Assembly (NCBI GenBank): GCA_964036045.1
Contig: OZ038379.1
Span: forward strand, 2,170,001 to 2,234,000
Source of the DNA: Eutreptiella sp. 'Long Island Sound 2002'
Lineage: Eukaryota; Protista; Euglenida
Length of the DNA stretch: 64,000 nucleotides
Reading direction: 5' to 3'
Shown here: piece by piece, positions 24,601 through 37,900 of the stretch
Numbering within the stretch: position 1 is the stretch's first letter
Layout: every line of letters begins with the position of its first letter
The notes under the pieces: generated by a model
What the model saw: only the letters and a program-made list of their open reading frames with translations
Told to the model about the DNA's origin: nothing
Database searches by the model: none
Translations under genes and position numbers: made by a program

Positions 24601-27600
24601 CCAAAGTGTAGCAACAAACTGAGTTCAGTGCTGGGTGGGTGGCAGTGACATAGGGGTCTCCCATGCAAATCCGCCATTTCCCTAATTTACAGAGTAAATG
24701 AACACTGAAGTGCAGGATGAAGAGACTGAGTATCTGAAATCCTGCCCTGAAGAGTCGAAGGTGCAATGCACTGCCCTAATGGCACCAGAGGCTTGCAAAA
24801 ATTCTAGGAGGCCACATGGTGGCTGGCTGCAGGGACCTGAAATCTCAGTCAGAAACAAACCTGCTGCTCAGGAGTGAAAATGATTGTGTCCATGTAAGTT
24901 GTGTAAAGAATGTGGAGTTATGGTCACTGAAGCTGTTTCAGTGCTTATTGAGGTGATTGCTGTGTGTTCGAGTGATGCAGACTGCTTGATTGATTGGGAT
25001 TGGTTGCTCAGAGCTGTCTAAAAATAAAAAATAAAAGGAAAAATGGCGTACAAAAATTCTGACCTCTAAACCCTGCGGCAAGCGAGGCACTGGACCAAGA
25101 ACAGTGAAGTTGGTGATTCCTTACTTTGGCAAAGTGAGGTTGAATCTTCGAAGTAGTAGGTCTGCATGTCTGGCTGAATACGGGATGGTTTCTTTCATCT
25201 GATCATTGGTATATTCGAAAGCACTTAAGAGAGTTGCTTTATGGGGGCTCCTCAATGTAGTTTGAAGTTTTTGACGGAGGCGAGGGTCTTTGAAGTGCCA
25301 ATCGTGAATTGAAGGCGTGTCGCACTCGGTGGTGTCGCTGGAGTCCTCTTGCAATGAAGGAGGGGCGGAAGAATTGCTCGTTGTTTCATCTTGGACCTGT
25401 GACTCGTGCTCATCAAATGACGCCGACCTTGAGGTTTTGGCGGTAGACCTGGATGAGGAGGTTTCCCCTTTTTCTAGGTCATCAGCTTCGGTTTTAGGTG
25501 TATTGCTGCCAATAGAGCCTGAGCTTTGTTATTGGAGGTCGTCTTCCATATCTGGCGCATCCATGGTGCTTGTTTCTGTGCGGTGCGAGGTAGATGTCTC
25601 TTGGTCACGGTTGTGAGGATCAACGGCCGACTTGGTGATGTTTGAGATTGCGTGGTGGGCGAGGGCAGTAGGGCCTGTGGCCCATTTTTTCCGTGTTGGC
25701 GGGATGGACTGATAGAGAATGATTTTCGCCGGTGTTGATTTTTTGTCCTTTTGAGCGGCTGCCTGTTTGCGTTTGAGTCTGCAGTCCTCGCAGCGAAGTG
25801 GTACGTGAAGGTCACGGGTAAGATACCAGTTCTTTGTTGCCTCTGTCAGTGCGAAACTCGTGCAGCAGTCTTTGCAAGTAGAGTTCGGTTCTCCTTGGAC
25901 GCTTGGGCGGCGGGCTCGAAGCGAAAGGCGATGGCGTTGATTGTTAACTGAAGTCCAGCTTCCAGATTTGCCAGACGAACAGCTTGTTTCACTTGACGTG
26001 CTGTTTTCTTGCGAAGCGAATATTCCGGAAGCCGGTTTTTGAGTAGGTGAAGTGCAGATGACCTGGTCGTCGTCATTTGCTTCAGTGATCAGATTGGATT
26101 GTGATCTTGAGCTGTTCTCTGGCGAGCTTGCGCGGCTTGTTTTCTTGACTTGGGGCGCTGCGGAGGGAGTGAGTGGTGGTGGTGGTGAATAGTGGGAACG
26201 ATATATACTTGGTCCAGGTGCTGTGCTCGCTGAAGGGAAGAGAGTACCTGTCTGGGATAAATCGTGCGCTATGGTTTTGGTATCGCTGTTGCCTTGAAGC
26301 GTGAATTCGCCATTGCGCTGAACATTGTTCCTTAGAGAAAAGCGAGGTGACGGCGCATATGGGTTGTGAGTGTTTGGTGTTTGGTGTTTGTACCAGCAGT
26401 GTTTTTGAAAGCGGCAGTTGTTCTGGTAAGGACAGAGTCTGGTATGTGCGGTGTGTTTCGCTATGAGTTTGTTGATAAATAAAAGAACGTCAATTCTCCA
26501 TTCCTGTGGGACGAGATTAAGGGCTGCGGAAATGGTCGCGATTTCTGGGGCAGTTGCCTCGGAAATTAATGTACCCATTGAAATGATTAGAGAAATGCTT
26601 ACATCCGCTCATCTTGTAATTGTTGCGAAGTGTCGTAAATTGCTGTGACCATTGTGATAGAGCGCGCGACCTTGTCTCCCTGTTTGTCTTTGTCTTTGTC
26701 TTTGTTTCGTCTTTCTCGCTCTCTCGCTCTCTCGCAGTTTTGGTGCTAGTGTGTGGCAGGTGGTAGGGTTTGCATTTGGTAGAGGAGTGGGTGTGCGTCT
26801 GCCGACGTTTGGCGAGGAGATGGGCTAGCGTGTCTGGCGACTATGAGCGTTGGATTTCTTTTCTGCCCCTTGTGCTTTAGTGCACCTCACCGGCATAAAA
26901 CCTCCCAAGTGAGCTCGTCTGCTACCGTGGTTGCGGGATAGGGCGCCAAGCCATGTAGCGATGGTGGTTGCAAGTGGTGGAAAATTGTTGCGGGTGCCTC
27001 ACCCCCTCCCCATAAAAGCAAACCACAATCAGAGGCACAAACTGTTTTTTGAGAGGGGGGGTCATGTTTCGAAGGGTTTCCACAGTGTCCCACCTATCAC
27101 GTGTCATGGCGTTGATGTTTAGTTGCAACACAGGCTTGGATTGTGACAGCCAGGCTTGGGCAGAGGGGGTATGTGGGATGCCATGTCCACCTCGGGAGTT
27201 GCAACTGCTGTGGGGACCTTTTCAGCATTAACCTCCATTGCCCTTTCATCCTTTGAGTTTGTGCCTGAAATATGGCAGCCTACGACACAAAGCTTGGGCA
27301 AAAGGGTGTGTTGCACAAAGTCTTGAAAAGCGTTGTGATTGTGAGCATCGCCTGCCACCTCATGGGCTTGGGCCACCCATGAGGTTTCCAATAGCCATAG
27401 CGTGATATACCCAAGGCGATGGGGGGGGGGGGGTTGCAAACGTGTGACCAGAGCACCTATGCTGCATACCAAACTATTTTGAGGTGCCCCACATTTTTGC
27501 AATGGCGTGTGGCTGGAGGGGGTGGGCTTGTGTCTGGCAATGTGCGCCTCACACGCGTGGTGGTGGGCAAAAGAGCAGAAGGGGTATGGGTGGCAGCATC

Positions 27601-28178
27601 AGGCACATGAACGAGGCAAAAATCGTTTCTCCAAGGTGGGGGTGAGCAGGGCTAGGGCCAAGGGAGGCACGCCCAAAGTGGAAAACAACCGGGGCAGAGA
27701 GGTCCCAGCATGTCAGGGACAATGACAGCAGAGCGCGTACGCATGCACATGCACGTGCACGGCCAAGCCAGTGTGTGCAAAGCATCCAATGAATGTTTTT
27801 TGTCATTTTTTTGGGTTGGGGGTGAGGTTGAGGACAATTTTGCTTCATTTCCTTGTGCTCCGCAAAATTTTCCCGGGTGGGTCTTATATAGAGGTCTTTT
27901 TGACGTGGGTCTTATAGCTGTCTTTGCCGAGGAGGGGCTCAAAAAAGGGGTGGGTCTTATAAATGGGGGGTTCGGGGTGGGTCTACAGTCACGGGGGGGA
28001 GAGTATGTGGCAAATGTGAAGTGCCAAAAACGGCCGAACCACGCCCCCTGTCTGACGCACCATCCATGACCCAGTCCCCATACTCCATGCTCTTTGCGAG
28101 GACCATGTCCTGCTGCAGCCGTATGATGTATTACTGACAATACTTCATGTAGCCCCCTAAACCTCCTCAAGAGTGTAC

Positions 28179-28213
<35 letters not shown>

Positions 28214-30480
28214 GTCATGCGCGGTGGTTTTCTGCCCACATTTACCCAAGTAGTGGCCAATACCCTGTGCAACACTAACTTCTGGAAACATGAAATCTGC
28301 ATGTTGTGTGCTGTAGCCTTTTGTGGAGGTACAGAATTACCCAGCAATATATTCCTTTGGCTACCACCATGGATGGAGGACCAGTCTGGTCTTGTGTGCA
28401 GAATCATCACTTTTTGGGAGTTTATTGAGTCAAGGGTTTTTGAAGGTGGCGGAAATGATGGTTTTGGTGGTTTTCTTAGATTCGATGGTATTTTAAAGAA
28501 AGGCAGTAAGACCAATTTGAAAGACCGGCTAGACCGGTCTCTGTTTTCCGCATCACTTCAGTTCACTTTGGAGCACTTTGGAGCACTTCGTTACACTTTC
28601 CTCCCATACCTCCCTCTCTCCGCCCATTCGTGCATGCACACCACCACACACCACACTCAAACACCAAACACAAACTGACAATGGGCTTTGGGTTTGTCCT
28701 CAATGGTTGTAAAGGTGTTGCATGCGTGAAACACACAAAACATAGATGAAGTGACGTGTTCCGAACGGTTTGCAAACACCGGTCAGATTTGTCTTCTGTT
28801 ACTAGCCCCGGGTCAACTATTATTCCTCTCAACTTCACTAGGACCGGTGAGACCGGTCCTATTGTGTTGTTCACCGCTTTAGCTTTTTTTTTTTATTGCC
28901 AATGCCCATCACCGTCCGGGCAGCAACATTCCTGGCATGGGGGCCGGGGAGAACATCATCCCTATCCAATTCAACAAGGTGAAGGTTGGAGACCGTGTTG
29001 TTCTCCTCCTCCGATGGTCCTATGGGGGTCGGTATGTTGACCATCTACTACACCGAGGATAAAAAGGGTGGGCTTAAGAGGAACGTGTCGAAGGGGGATT
29101 GTGAGTTTGAAAAGGATGATGTCATGTCTTGTTGGGTAATTACTCCCGCCCCTAGTGCAAGCGCAGCACAAAGCGCGTCGGCCCGCTCCACGAAAAGGAA
29201 GGTTGAGCTGGACGTGGACGAGGAAGACCCGGAACCCGAAGGGGGTGAGGAGGATGAGGAGGAGGGGGGGGGGTAGAGGAGGTGGTGGAGGTGAAGGGGA
29301 AGGTGAAGGCAAAACCCCAAAGCCTAAACCTCCCCAACAGAAGAAGCGGTTGCCGGTGCGGTATTTTCTAGAGGTACATGAGGGCTAGGGGGGTGGTGGG
29401 GAGGGGCAGGGGCAAGCAAGCAAGAAGTCCAGGAAGGAGAAGGAGCCGGAGGATGAGGAGACAAAGGAGGTGTGCCGCATGAATGCGGCGCTTGAGGAGT
29501 ACGGCACCTCGGTGCATCACCTCTTGCGCCACGTCCGCCAATGCTTGCGCGGGCAGCTGGGGTTGAAGACCGTGTTGGCCGCGCCGCGCAGCTGCTGTTC
29601 GACTGTCCAAACGTGGCGCCTGTACCATGGTGCCGCCCCTCGTGTTGGACCTGAGCCCCGGGGACGGTTCGCCGGACACTACAATGCTTTTGAAATTGTG
29701 CAACTGTGGAATTATGAAGCACCAAGGGGGAGAGTGCTTGTGGGGGATTCATTCTTCGGGTCTCACGATGCAGCGGCAATGCTATGATCTATGGGGTGTC
29801 CCTTCTTGATGCTAACCGCCACTAGTCCTCTAGTTCAAGATGGTAACATTGGGTTGAATCCAGGATGTGTGAACACGGTGGTGCATGAGAAACATGGGTA
29901 TGCATTGTCGGTATACAAAAATTCCAAAGTGGGCCGCAAAGTGGCAAAAGTTATACCACTTCTAACCAATTGTTTGGCCGGGCCACCACGCATGCATCGA
30001 AAGGGTTACCAATTGCCCGGCATCATTGCGAACTATCGTAAGTTTTCACCCGGGGTGGATTCTTTTAACCAAATGTGCTTACAACATCGGGAGGAGCATC
30101 GGTTCCAGTCGTGGTGGAAAGCATTTGGGGGGATGGTGTTACTGATAGCGGCAACAAATGCCTTTACATCGTGCAAAGCACTACGACTATGCCTGCGGGG
30201 TGAAACAATGTTTGATTGGCAGTGGTGCTTGATGCGGTACATGTACCCAGTTCGGCAGATTGTGGTGAGTGAGAGACATTTACCCATGGTGGTGAACAAA
30301 CGGGGTCGGTGTGCACAATGTGGTACCGGTAGAACCCAATACGTTTGCAAAGGGTGTGGATGTTACCTACACCCGGAATGCTTTGCGGACTATCACGAAG
30401 TGTAGCCATGATGTTGTGATTTGACAGTGTTGGATGCCATGCATTTGCTTTGTACGTGCCATGTAGACGACTAGAGGCGC

Positions 30481-30541
<61 letters not shown>

Positions 30542-31719
30542 GTGCTCCAAAGTGTCGTAAAGTGAACTGAAGTGAAGCGGACCGAACAGTTTCCAAAGAC
30601 CGGTTTGGTCAGACTGACTGGTCTGTTTGAAGTGCAAAGTGTGTTACAAAGTGTTACAAAGTGCGCTACAGTGAAGCAGTCCGGTGCACTTTACAAAGAC
30701 CGGTCCGACTGGTCCGACCGGTCTTCCTAAAGTGACCGTTTTGAACCAGAACAGTAAAGTGATGCGAAGCTGTCTAAATTGAACAGTTGGTGATTTTGCT
30801 ATCCCGAAACGGTCGGTTTGCAAAGATCGATGGACCGGTCTTCAAAATTTGCGCGTATGGTAGCCAAGGAATATTAGTGCTCTCCGCCTAGAGCCACAAA
30901 GCTCCAAATCAATTTATTGAGACTGAAAGAGGGTGTGTTGAAGGCAAGATGCCTTTTTGCTGAGGATGAAGGAAGCAAAATGTGTCAATGGATTGAATCA
31001 GGGCTGTGCATTTTGCCATCTACATTGTCTGCCCCTTTGGGCATTAGTTCCCTTTCTTTTTCCCATGCTTGTTGAGCCATTGTCTCCCCTTTTGCCCCCT
31101 CCCTGATCATGTCCATTTTGTACCTGCAACGCAATAAATGATGCCGAAAGTAGTACGATATCGGTGTTTATTCTCAGAGTTACTAGTAGGTCCGCGAGAA
31201 TGTCATGCGGCGTCACAGCCAGATACTGCCATGAAATAAGTGCAACCATCCAGAGCTTCTGTGTCATGTGGGCGAACAATGTTGTGCAATATTAGGGGAG
31301 GGAGGGGGGGACTCCCAAGATCCTACTTTCGAATGGCTCTCACCATGTCGTCTCCACCAGTTTGCACCTGAAACACCCCTGCACCACAAGCACGGTCGGT
31401 TCTCCCCTGACTTCATGTGTTGGTTAAACGGTCATGTTTCGTATTTCTAGATGGGAAAAGTTCAAATTTTGATGTGCCCCGTTCGCTTGGGTAGGAATGT
31501 GGTGGTGGACTTGCCATGGGGCAGTACGGTCTCTGTGGCGCTCTGCTGCACCAGTCGAGAAATCCTGCATCCATGTCTTGCACCGTGGCTGGGTGCAATA
31601 CTTCAGGACACACCCCATGCGCATTGTCGCTCCGTGCCACGTGTGGCAGGTCCCACGCTGAGCTGATGAGGACGGCGAATGTGGCTGACCCCAGGGAATT
31701 ACGGATTACCCGGAATGAC

Positions 31720-31750
<31 letters not shown>

Positions 31751-31775
31751 ACACATACACACACTTTCTCTCTCG

Positions 31776-31815
<40 letters not shown>

Positions 31816-31851
31816 GCCACGTGTGCGCGCTCCTCCCCCCCCCCCCCCTCC

Positions 31852-31905
<54 letters not shown>

Positions 31906-34900
31906 CCCCTCCTCTCCTGCCCTTCGATGTTCGAGACGACTAGTGATACGCTACTGCTTCGATTTGCAGATCGAGTGCGCCCCAGTGGTGGACGTCACCA
32001 GCGTTTTGATTCAACAAATGGTGCGGCCATTTTGCGGAATGGTGCAGGCATTGGCCGCCCAGACGGAGCTCCTCAAGCAGCGCTTGATTGCAAAGGACAA
32101 GGAGTTGAAAACGTTGAGAACGCGACTGGGCGCAGGATCTGAGCGGTACGTGGACTTTTTGATTGCACTCCCCCTCCATTGTTGATGGGCACCATGGGCA
32201 CTGTGCATGTAGCAGTGTGCAGCACCCGGGGAGGGGGTGTGTCTGTTGCACAAATTCTGACTGCAAATACCTGACGCAATCCGCACACCCATTTTAAAGA
32301 CGTTTTGCATGTTTTTTCTTCAGCCACAATGGTTGAAGAGAGTGGCAACGTGGCAGTTTCATTGACTCAAGCCCCAACAGCGTGCTTGATACAGCCACCA
32401 TCGCAACAGCTCTATGCCAATGTTGTCATGGACTGTGGAGCTGGGGGGTCGATCAGTACATTGCGCAACATTGTGCAACTGCATTGTGCAACTGCTGGGC
32501 TCACCAGGAAAGTGTGCCTGCAGCGTTGTCTCAACTCTGGCAATGTGGCAACCAAAATTTCCAGAAAACGGACATAATTAGAAAAAGCATTTCTCTCGGG
32601 GACATTTGTTGTGCGCCAACGCGGTGGGTTTTAGCACTTTTCCTGGGTTTTATGAACTTTTGGTACAATGAGCCAAAATTTCGTCCTGTTGGGGGGGGGG
32701 TATGTGTATACTTTTTGAAATCTGTGAGAAAAGGCCGTTTCAGAAATGTATGGGTTGGGGCGGGGTAGATGATCACATTTTTGAGCAAATGGAGCTGCAA
32801 AGTGGACGATGCACAGGACAGGGCAATGCTCGAGGGACCACTGATTATTCTGAATCCGAATCGTCCCCATTGTTGCCCCCCTTCCACAAGGGCAGGGACC
32901 CCATTGGGGCACACATCCCCCTGCTTGTGAATTGGAACATATTTTTCAGTTTTTCCCAATCCTGCAGCCTGCGTGCCTTGGCTGGCACCCACCCCGTGTG
33001 GAGAGGCATGGCCCATAGACCGTCAGTTGTCAGGTCCACATTGCGCTGTTTAGTCAGCCGGACCTTGCGCCAGGCAATGGTCACACTGTACCCTGATTTT
33101 ACCCAGACAAAGCCAGGATGGGCCTGCAGGTTCTCAGGGTGCAGGTTCTCAGGGTCAGGTGTTATACCAAAATCCAGCCACTTTATTTTGTCATCTCTGA
33201 TCAAAACAGACATGGTGGCTGCCTGTTGACAAAAACAGGCAGCAAGCAACACAGGCATCGTCCAAAACGGACGAAAATCTCAAACATGTCGTCAGTCTAG
33301 CATGCAGACCCAGGTGTTCCAAATAGCCCTCTTCAAGGGCTTTCCGAATATACCCCACATACCCCCCCCTCCGGAACACCCAGCGGGCACAAATGAGGGA
33401 ACAAGGGCACCAACCCCCTAAAACCCACCGAGTTGGCACAATTGTGCACGTCCCCGAGAGATTTTGAAGGGTTGGTCATCATTACATCATTACTGGAAGT
33501 ACAATTTTCTCCGGACATCCCCCGACCCCCCAGGCACTAGGGGGCGGGGTGAGAGGCCAATGGGCACTGTTACCTATGGAGGGAAAGGGTTCAAGGAAAG
33601 AGCGAGGGCAAGTGGCGAGAGGCCAATGGGCCGCCCATATATCGCATGAAATCGCCCCCCCCCCCCTACCTTGGAGGTAGGGTGGGGTAGGGGGGGGAGG
33701 TAGGGGGGGGTCGAGAAGGTAGGGGGGGGGGTAGGGGGGGGATGGGGTGGGTTGGGGGGGAGGGGGGGGGTAGGATCATACACACAGAAGGCGGTGCACA
33801 CACAAGGCGGGGCATACACAAAGCGGTGCACACACAAGGCGGTCTGTGGCCACTGCAGGAGTCATGTTATTTAAGGGGCCACATGCAAGGCGGTACACAC
33901 AAAAGGCGGTGCACACACAAGGCGGAACACACAAAAGGCGGCCTGTGGCCACCGTAGGAGTCATCTTATTTAAGGGGCCACAGGCAAGGCGGTGCACACA
34001 GAAGGCGGTGCACACACAAAGCGGAACACACAAAAGGCGGTCTGTGGCCACCGCAGGAGTCATGTTATTGAAGGGGCCACAGGCAAGGCGGTGCACATCG
34101 AAGGCGGTGCACACACAAGGCGGTGCACAGAAACGGCGGTCTGTGGCCACCGCAGGAGTCTTGTTATTTAAGGGGCCACAGGCAAGGCGGTACACACAGA
34201 AGGCGGTGCACACACAAGGCGGTGCACAGAAACGGCGGTCTGTGGCCACCGCAGGAGTCATGTTATTTAAGGGGGGTGCGGGGGCTGGCCCCCGCGTCGA
34301 GGTTAGGGTCGAGCGAAGCGAGCCGAAGGTAGGGGGGGGAGGTAGGGGGGGGGTAGGGGGGGGGGGGGGGGTAGGGGGGGGGGTAGGTAGGGGGGGGGGG
34401 TAGGGGGGGGAGGTAGGGGGGGGCGACTTCGTGCATACTATCGGCCGCCAGCTGCTGGCAGCAATCCACTCAGGCGTCATGCCACCCCCTCCCTTTTGCA
34501 TTCCCCTCCCCACCTCTTGCATTTTTTCATTTGGAACCCTCCCCCTTCATCCCCAACCCAGCGGACAACCACCAAACGTGGAGGATCCCCCATTTAAAGG
34601 CGAATGTATCCTGGAAGTATCAACCGGCATACTCAGTCAGCTTTTATGGCAACCCCCCGTACGTACGTATTTTGCTGATGTTCCAGCCGAAAAGTGATTC
34701 GGTTCCCTGATCACCATGTCACCGCGGGGCCTGAGTACCAGTGTGCCCTACCTTTGCTCACAGCAAGTACAGTGCTTTGTCATTTGTTCTAGACAGACGT
34801 GCTTTGTTGTTTTGCGCCTGAAGATGTGTTGGCGAGGGTTCGATTGGCAACGCGAAGACTGGGTTGCAGCCGCGATGGAAAAGTGGTGGTTGCGAACCCT

Positions 34901-37900
34901 TGGCGCGGGCTCCATCCAATGGGCCTTGGCTGATGGGGGCTCCTGATGCCCAGATACTTTTGCGCAAAGTTGTGTGGGATTGGCCCGGAAGTTTCAAGTT
35001 TGCGCAGTATTGGTCCGCTCGTAAGACAACTGGTCTTGACACACACGCACCAGACCTGTCACAGTGAAAAAGGGGAGCGACTGCTCAAAGGCGGGTGTTG
35101 AAACATCCCCCATCCCTCAAGCAATACTTGCTCAATCCCCTGATGTGCTCCTCTCGCGCGATGCCGGGGCACAGCCGGTCGCGCCGCAGGGGTGCCACCC
35201 TCGTTAAAAGTGCTGCTTCGTACTACCTTGCGTGGGTGGTTGGTGCCATGGGTTGAGTGCATCTGGCTCCGTAGCCTGGCAACGTAGCCTGAGCGTACCA
35301 CTGCGTCCAGTTTGTGAGGTGAAGGGCAGGGTTGTGGCATGTGGTGCGAGCGCAGCCCACAAAGCGGGTTCAGAGCCACAAATCATGATTTTCCGCGCAC
35401 ACGAGCATTGAAGTGTCGAGAATGATGTGCTCACACCCATTGATGGGCAGATTGCTGGCCCATTACAGGCATGGGGACAGGAGTTCGGGCGTCGCACAAA
35501 TGAACACGTGTGCCTGCGAGGAGCGGAGTTGCCATTGGTGTCCGGCGGGAAAACCGGGTGTGGTTGGGATTTGGCCCCGTCCCACGGGCGGCTCGGTAAT
35601 ACCCCCCCCCCCCCTCTCATGTTCAGAATTCAGTTGGAACTTGCTGCATCCATTCTGCAGCTCGGTAGGAGCTCAGTAGCAGCTCAGTAGGACCCAGCCC
35701 CGCCGAATTCTGTCTGGTCTGGCGGACACCGATGGCAAGTCTGGTGAGGATTCCGCATAGTCTGTGTACCAGGTTCCTTGCCCCCGCCCCCCAACCCCTT
35801 CAATGTACAGCACCTGTCCTGGCTGCGTCGTGTGTGGTCCCCTGGCCTCTGTGGTCGTTTTCACGTGGCTATTACCAGCCGGGTCCCGTCATGTGTTTGG
35901 TGTGGTGCCTGCATAATTGCTCGCAAGGATGTGCCCAAGAAGGGCGCCCGCGCGCTCATTGTCTGGCGCTGTGGTGCTCGTACGTGATATAGGGTGGGGG
36001 GGTTTAGTACAATTGCGCCACAATCCTCAAGATGCATGGGACAAATTGTGCCACACTTTTTGCATGGTGAACAGCAAAGCCCAAGGTTAGCTCTTCTTAG
36101 TCAGTGGCACACAACCTGAAGGAAAGTGATGAGGGTTGTGTTTTCTCAGGTCCACACAGTTCCCTGCAATGCGGTTTAAGTCAAAATTACTGATTGCGCC
36201 CCATTCCATTTGGGTACTTTTGGCTGTGGCCCCCCAAGAACTTCATTGAAACATGGACAATATAGATAGCCAATATTGCTCAGCAAAAGACATCAAATAC
36301 AATATTTTCACAGCTCTGCTCCTACAGACACAGATAATCGTTGGCAAATTGCACTTCAAAAAAAAAAACAAGCAAAGCTCATGTCCACCGTCTCTTGGCC
36401 AGTGGAAGTGTGCCACCAGGTGGACGCTCTGTGCAGCCAGACCGTTTGGCCTCATCCACCAGGAGGTGTGGACAAATCCTCAATAGTGATGGGTGGGCAG
36501 TCCATGGTTGGCTTTTGCCAGCTGAGGTTTTCCTTTTGCAACCATTTGTTGCCCCAATCAGTGGAAACGTGCAGGTGTTCGTGTCTTTCGGGGTGTGTGG
36601 TCGCATTTTGTCAACAACAGTGCCAGCCAACACAATCCACAGACCCCCCCCCCCCTATCGCACACCTCATCAAAATATTTACGAAGCTCCGCTTTTTCTT
36701 CAGTACGCAAGAAAAATGGTTGGCCCGCTGGATTGGTGACTGCAACTCCTTTAGCCAACTTCTCTACCCAGGAATGGATTGTTGTTCTGGGTGGGTGTGG
36801 ATTCCATCGTGCAATTGTACAACATTCATGTCTCGTGTCACATAAATATCAACACACTCTCGCAAAAAAAAAAAAAGCAAATGGCACCAGTAGCCCCTTA
36901 TCCCCTGATGAAATCCCCCGGTGTACCAGAAAAATTGCGCCACAATCCTGATGGAAAAACTTGCACCACAATTGGCTGTGCAAAGTTTTTCCAGACAGCT
37001 GAATCTCCCCTTCCCCCTGTAGTTGTCTTGCGGGCGCTTTGTGATGGCAAGGTCCAAGCAGTTACTTTTTGGTCAGGTGATTTGCACAAAGAGTGTAAAC
37101 AGTGCATGGCCTATCTACCTACCTGTCGAGAAGGATCGGGGTGGGGCTTTTCATGTTCCCCTGGGGCTGGATTTGGTCACGCCTCCCACACTCCCTTCCT
37201 TTCTCCGACCCTCCATTAGCCCCGTTGCCCCCGTCATTGGTGTTGACCTGCTGATCTGTTTTGGGGCTCTCCTCGTGCCTCATGGCGTTTAGGGACAGGG
37301 ACACGTTCTGGCCTAGCGAGTTTGAGCAGGAGTTTCTGAGTGACCACATGGTCCGCACGTTCGACACCAGCACTTTGTCGGTGGCATCGAACCCGCACCT
37401 GGCCACCCTTTACACCGCCTACGTGCGGCACAGTCTGCAAGGCTTACAGACAGCAGTACCGCCGTCACCACAACGACTGGAGGTGGACCTCACTCCCTCT
37501 TGCAGGGATGGGCATGGTGTGGTCCGGTTGTTGGTTTGCTGCCTCAAGGGATTCATCATCGGGCTGTGGGTGCGACTGGGGATTCGTTGGATCAGCAGGC
37601 ATTGATGTTGACCCACATTGCGGCATTCCCCCTTGTCTTCTCGTTTTGCTGGTTTGAAGCCTTCTGGTTTCGGCTCGGATCATGCACATGAAACTTGCTG
37701 TTGCTTTTTGTTGTGCGACCTCCATGTGGGTGCCATGGTTTGTCGGTGCCGTGGACGGCCACGCATCTCTCTCCTTCAGACGCACCACAGGGCCCTGGAA
37801 ATGTTTGCACCCAATCATCATGAGAAGGCACCACCCGAGCTAATACGCAGAGAGTCCACGGAGACTGCCACCGCGCAGGAACAGCAGAGGTCTTCGTTCT

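Larger units (their letters stand above)
28340..30885 (+). mobile_element. Decayed piggyBac-like transposon with long inverted subterminal repeat arrays
   Basis: Inverted pairs 28551-28588/30540-30577 (AAGTGCTCCAAAGTG...AAGTGAACTGAAGTGA) and ATATTCC(T)TTGGCTACCA at ~28347 and ~30858-30875. Multiple (A)GACCGGT units at both ends. Transposase remnant inside. Confidence 0.75.
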
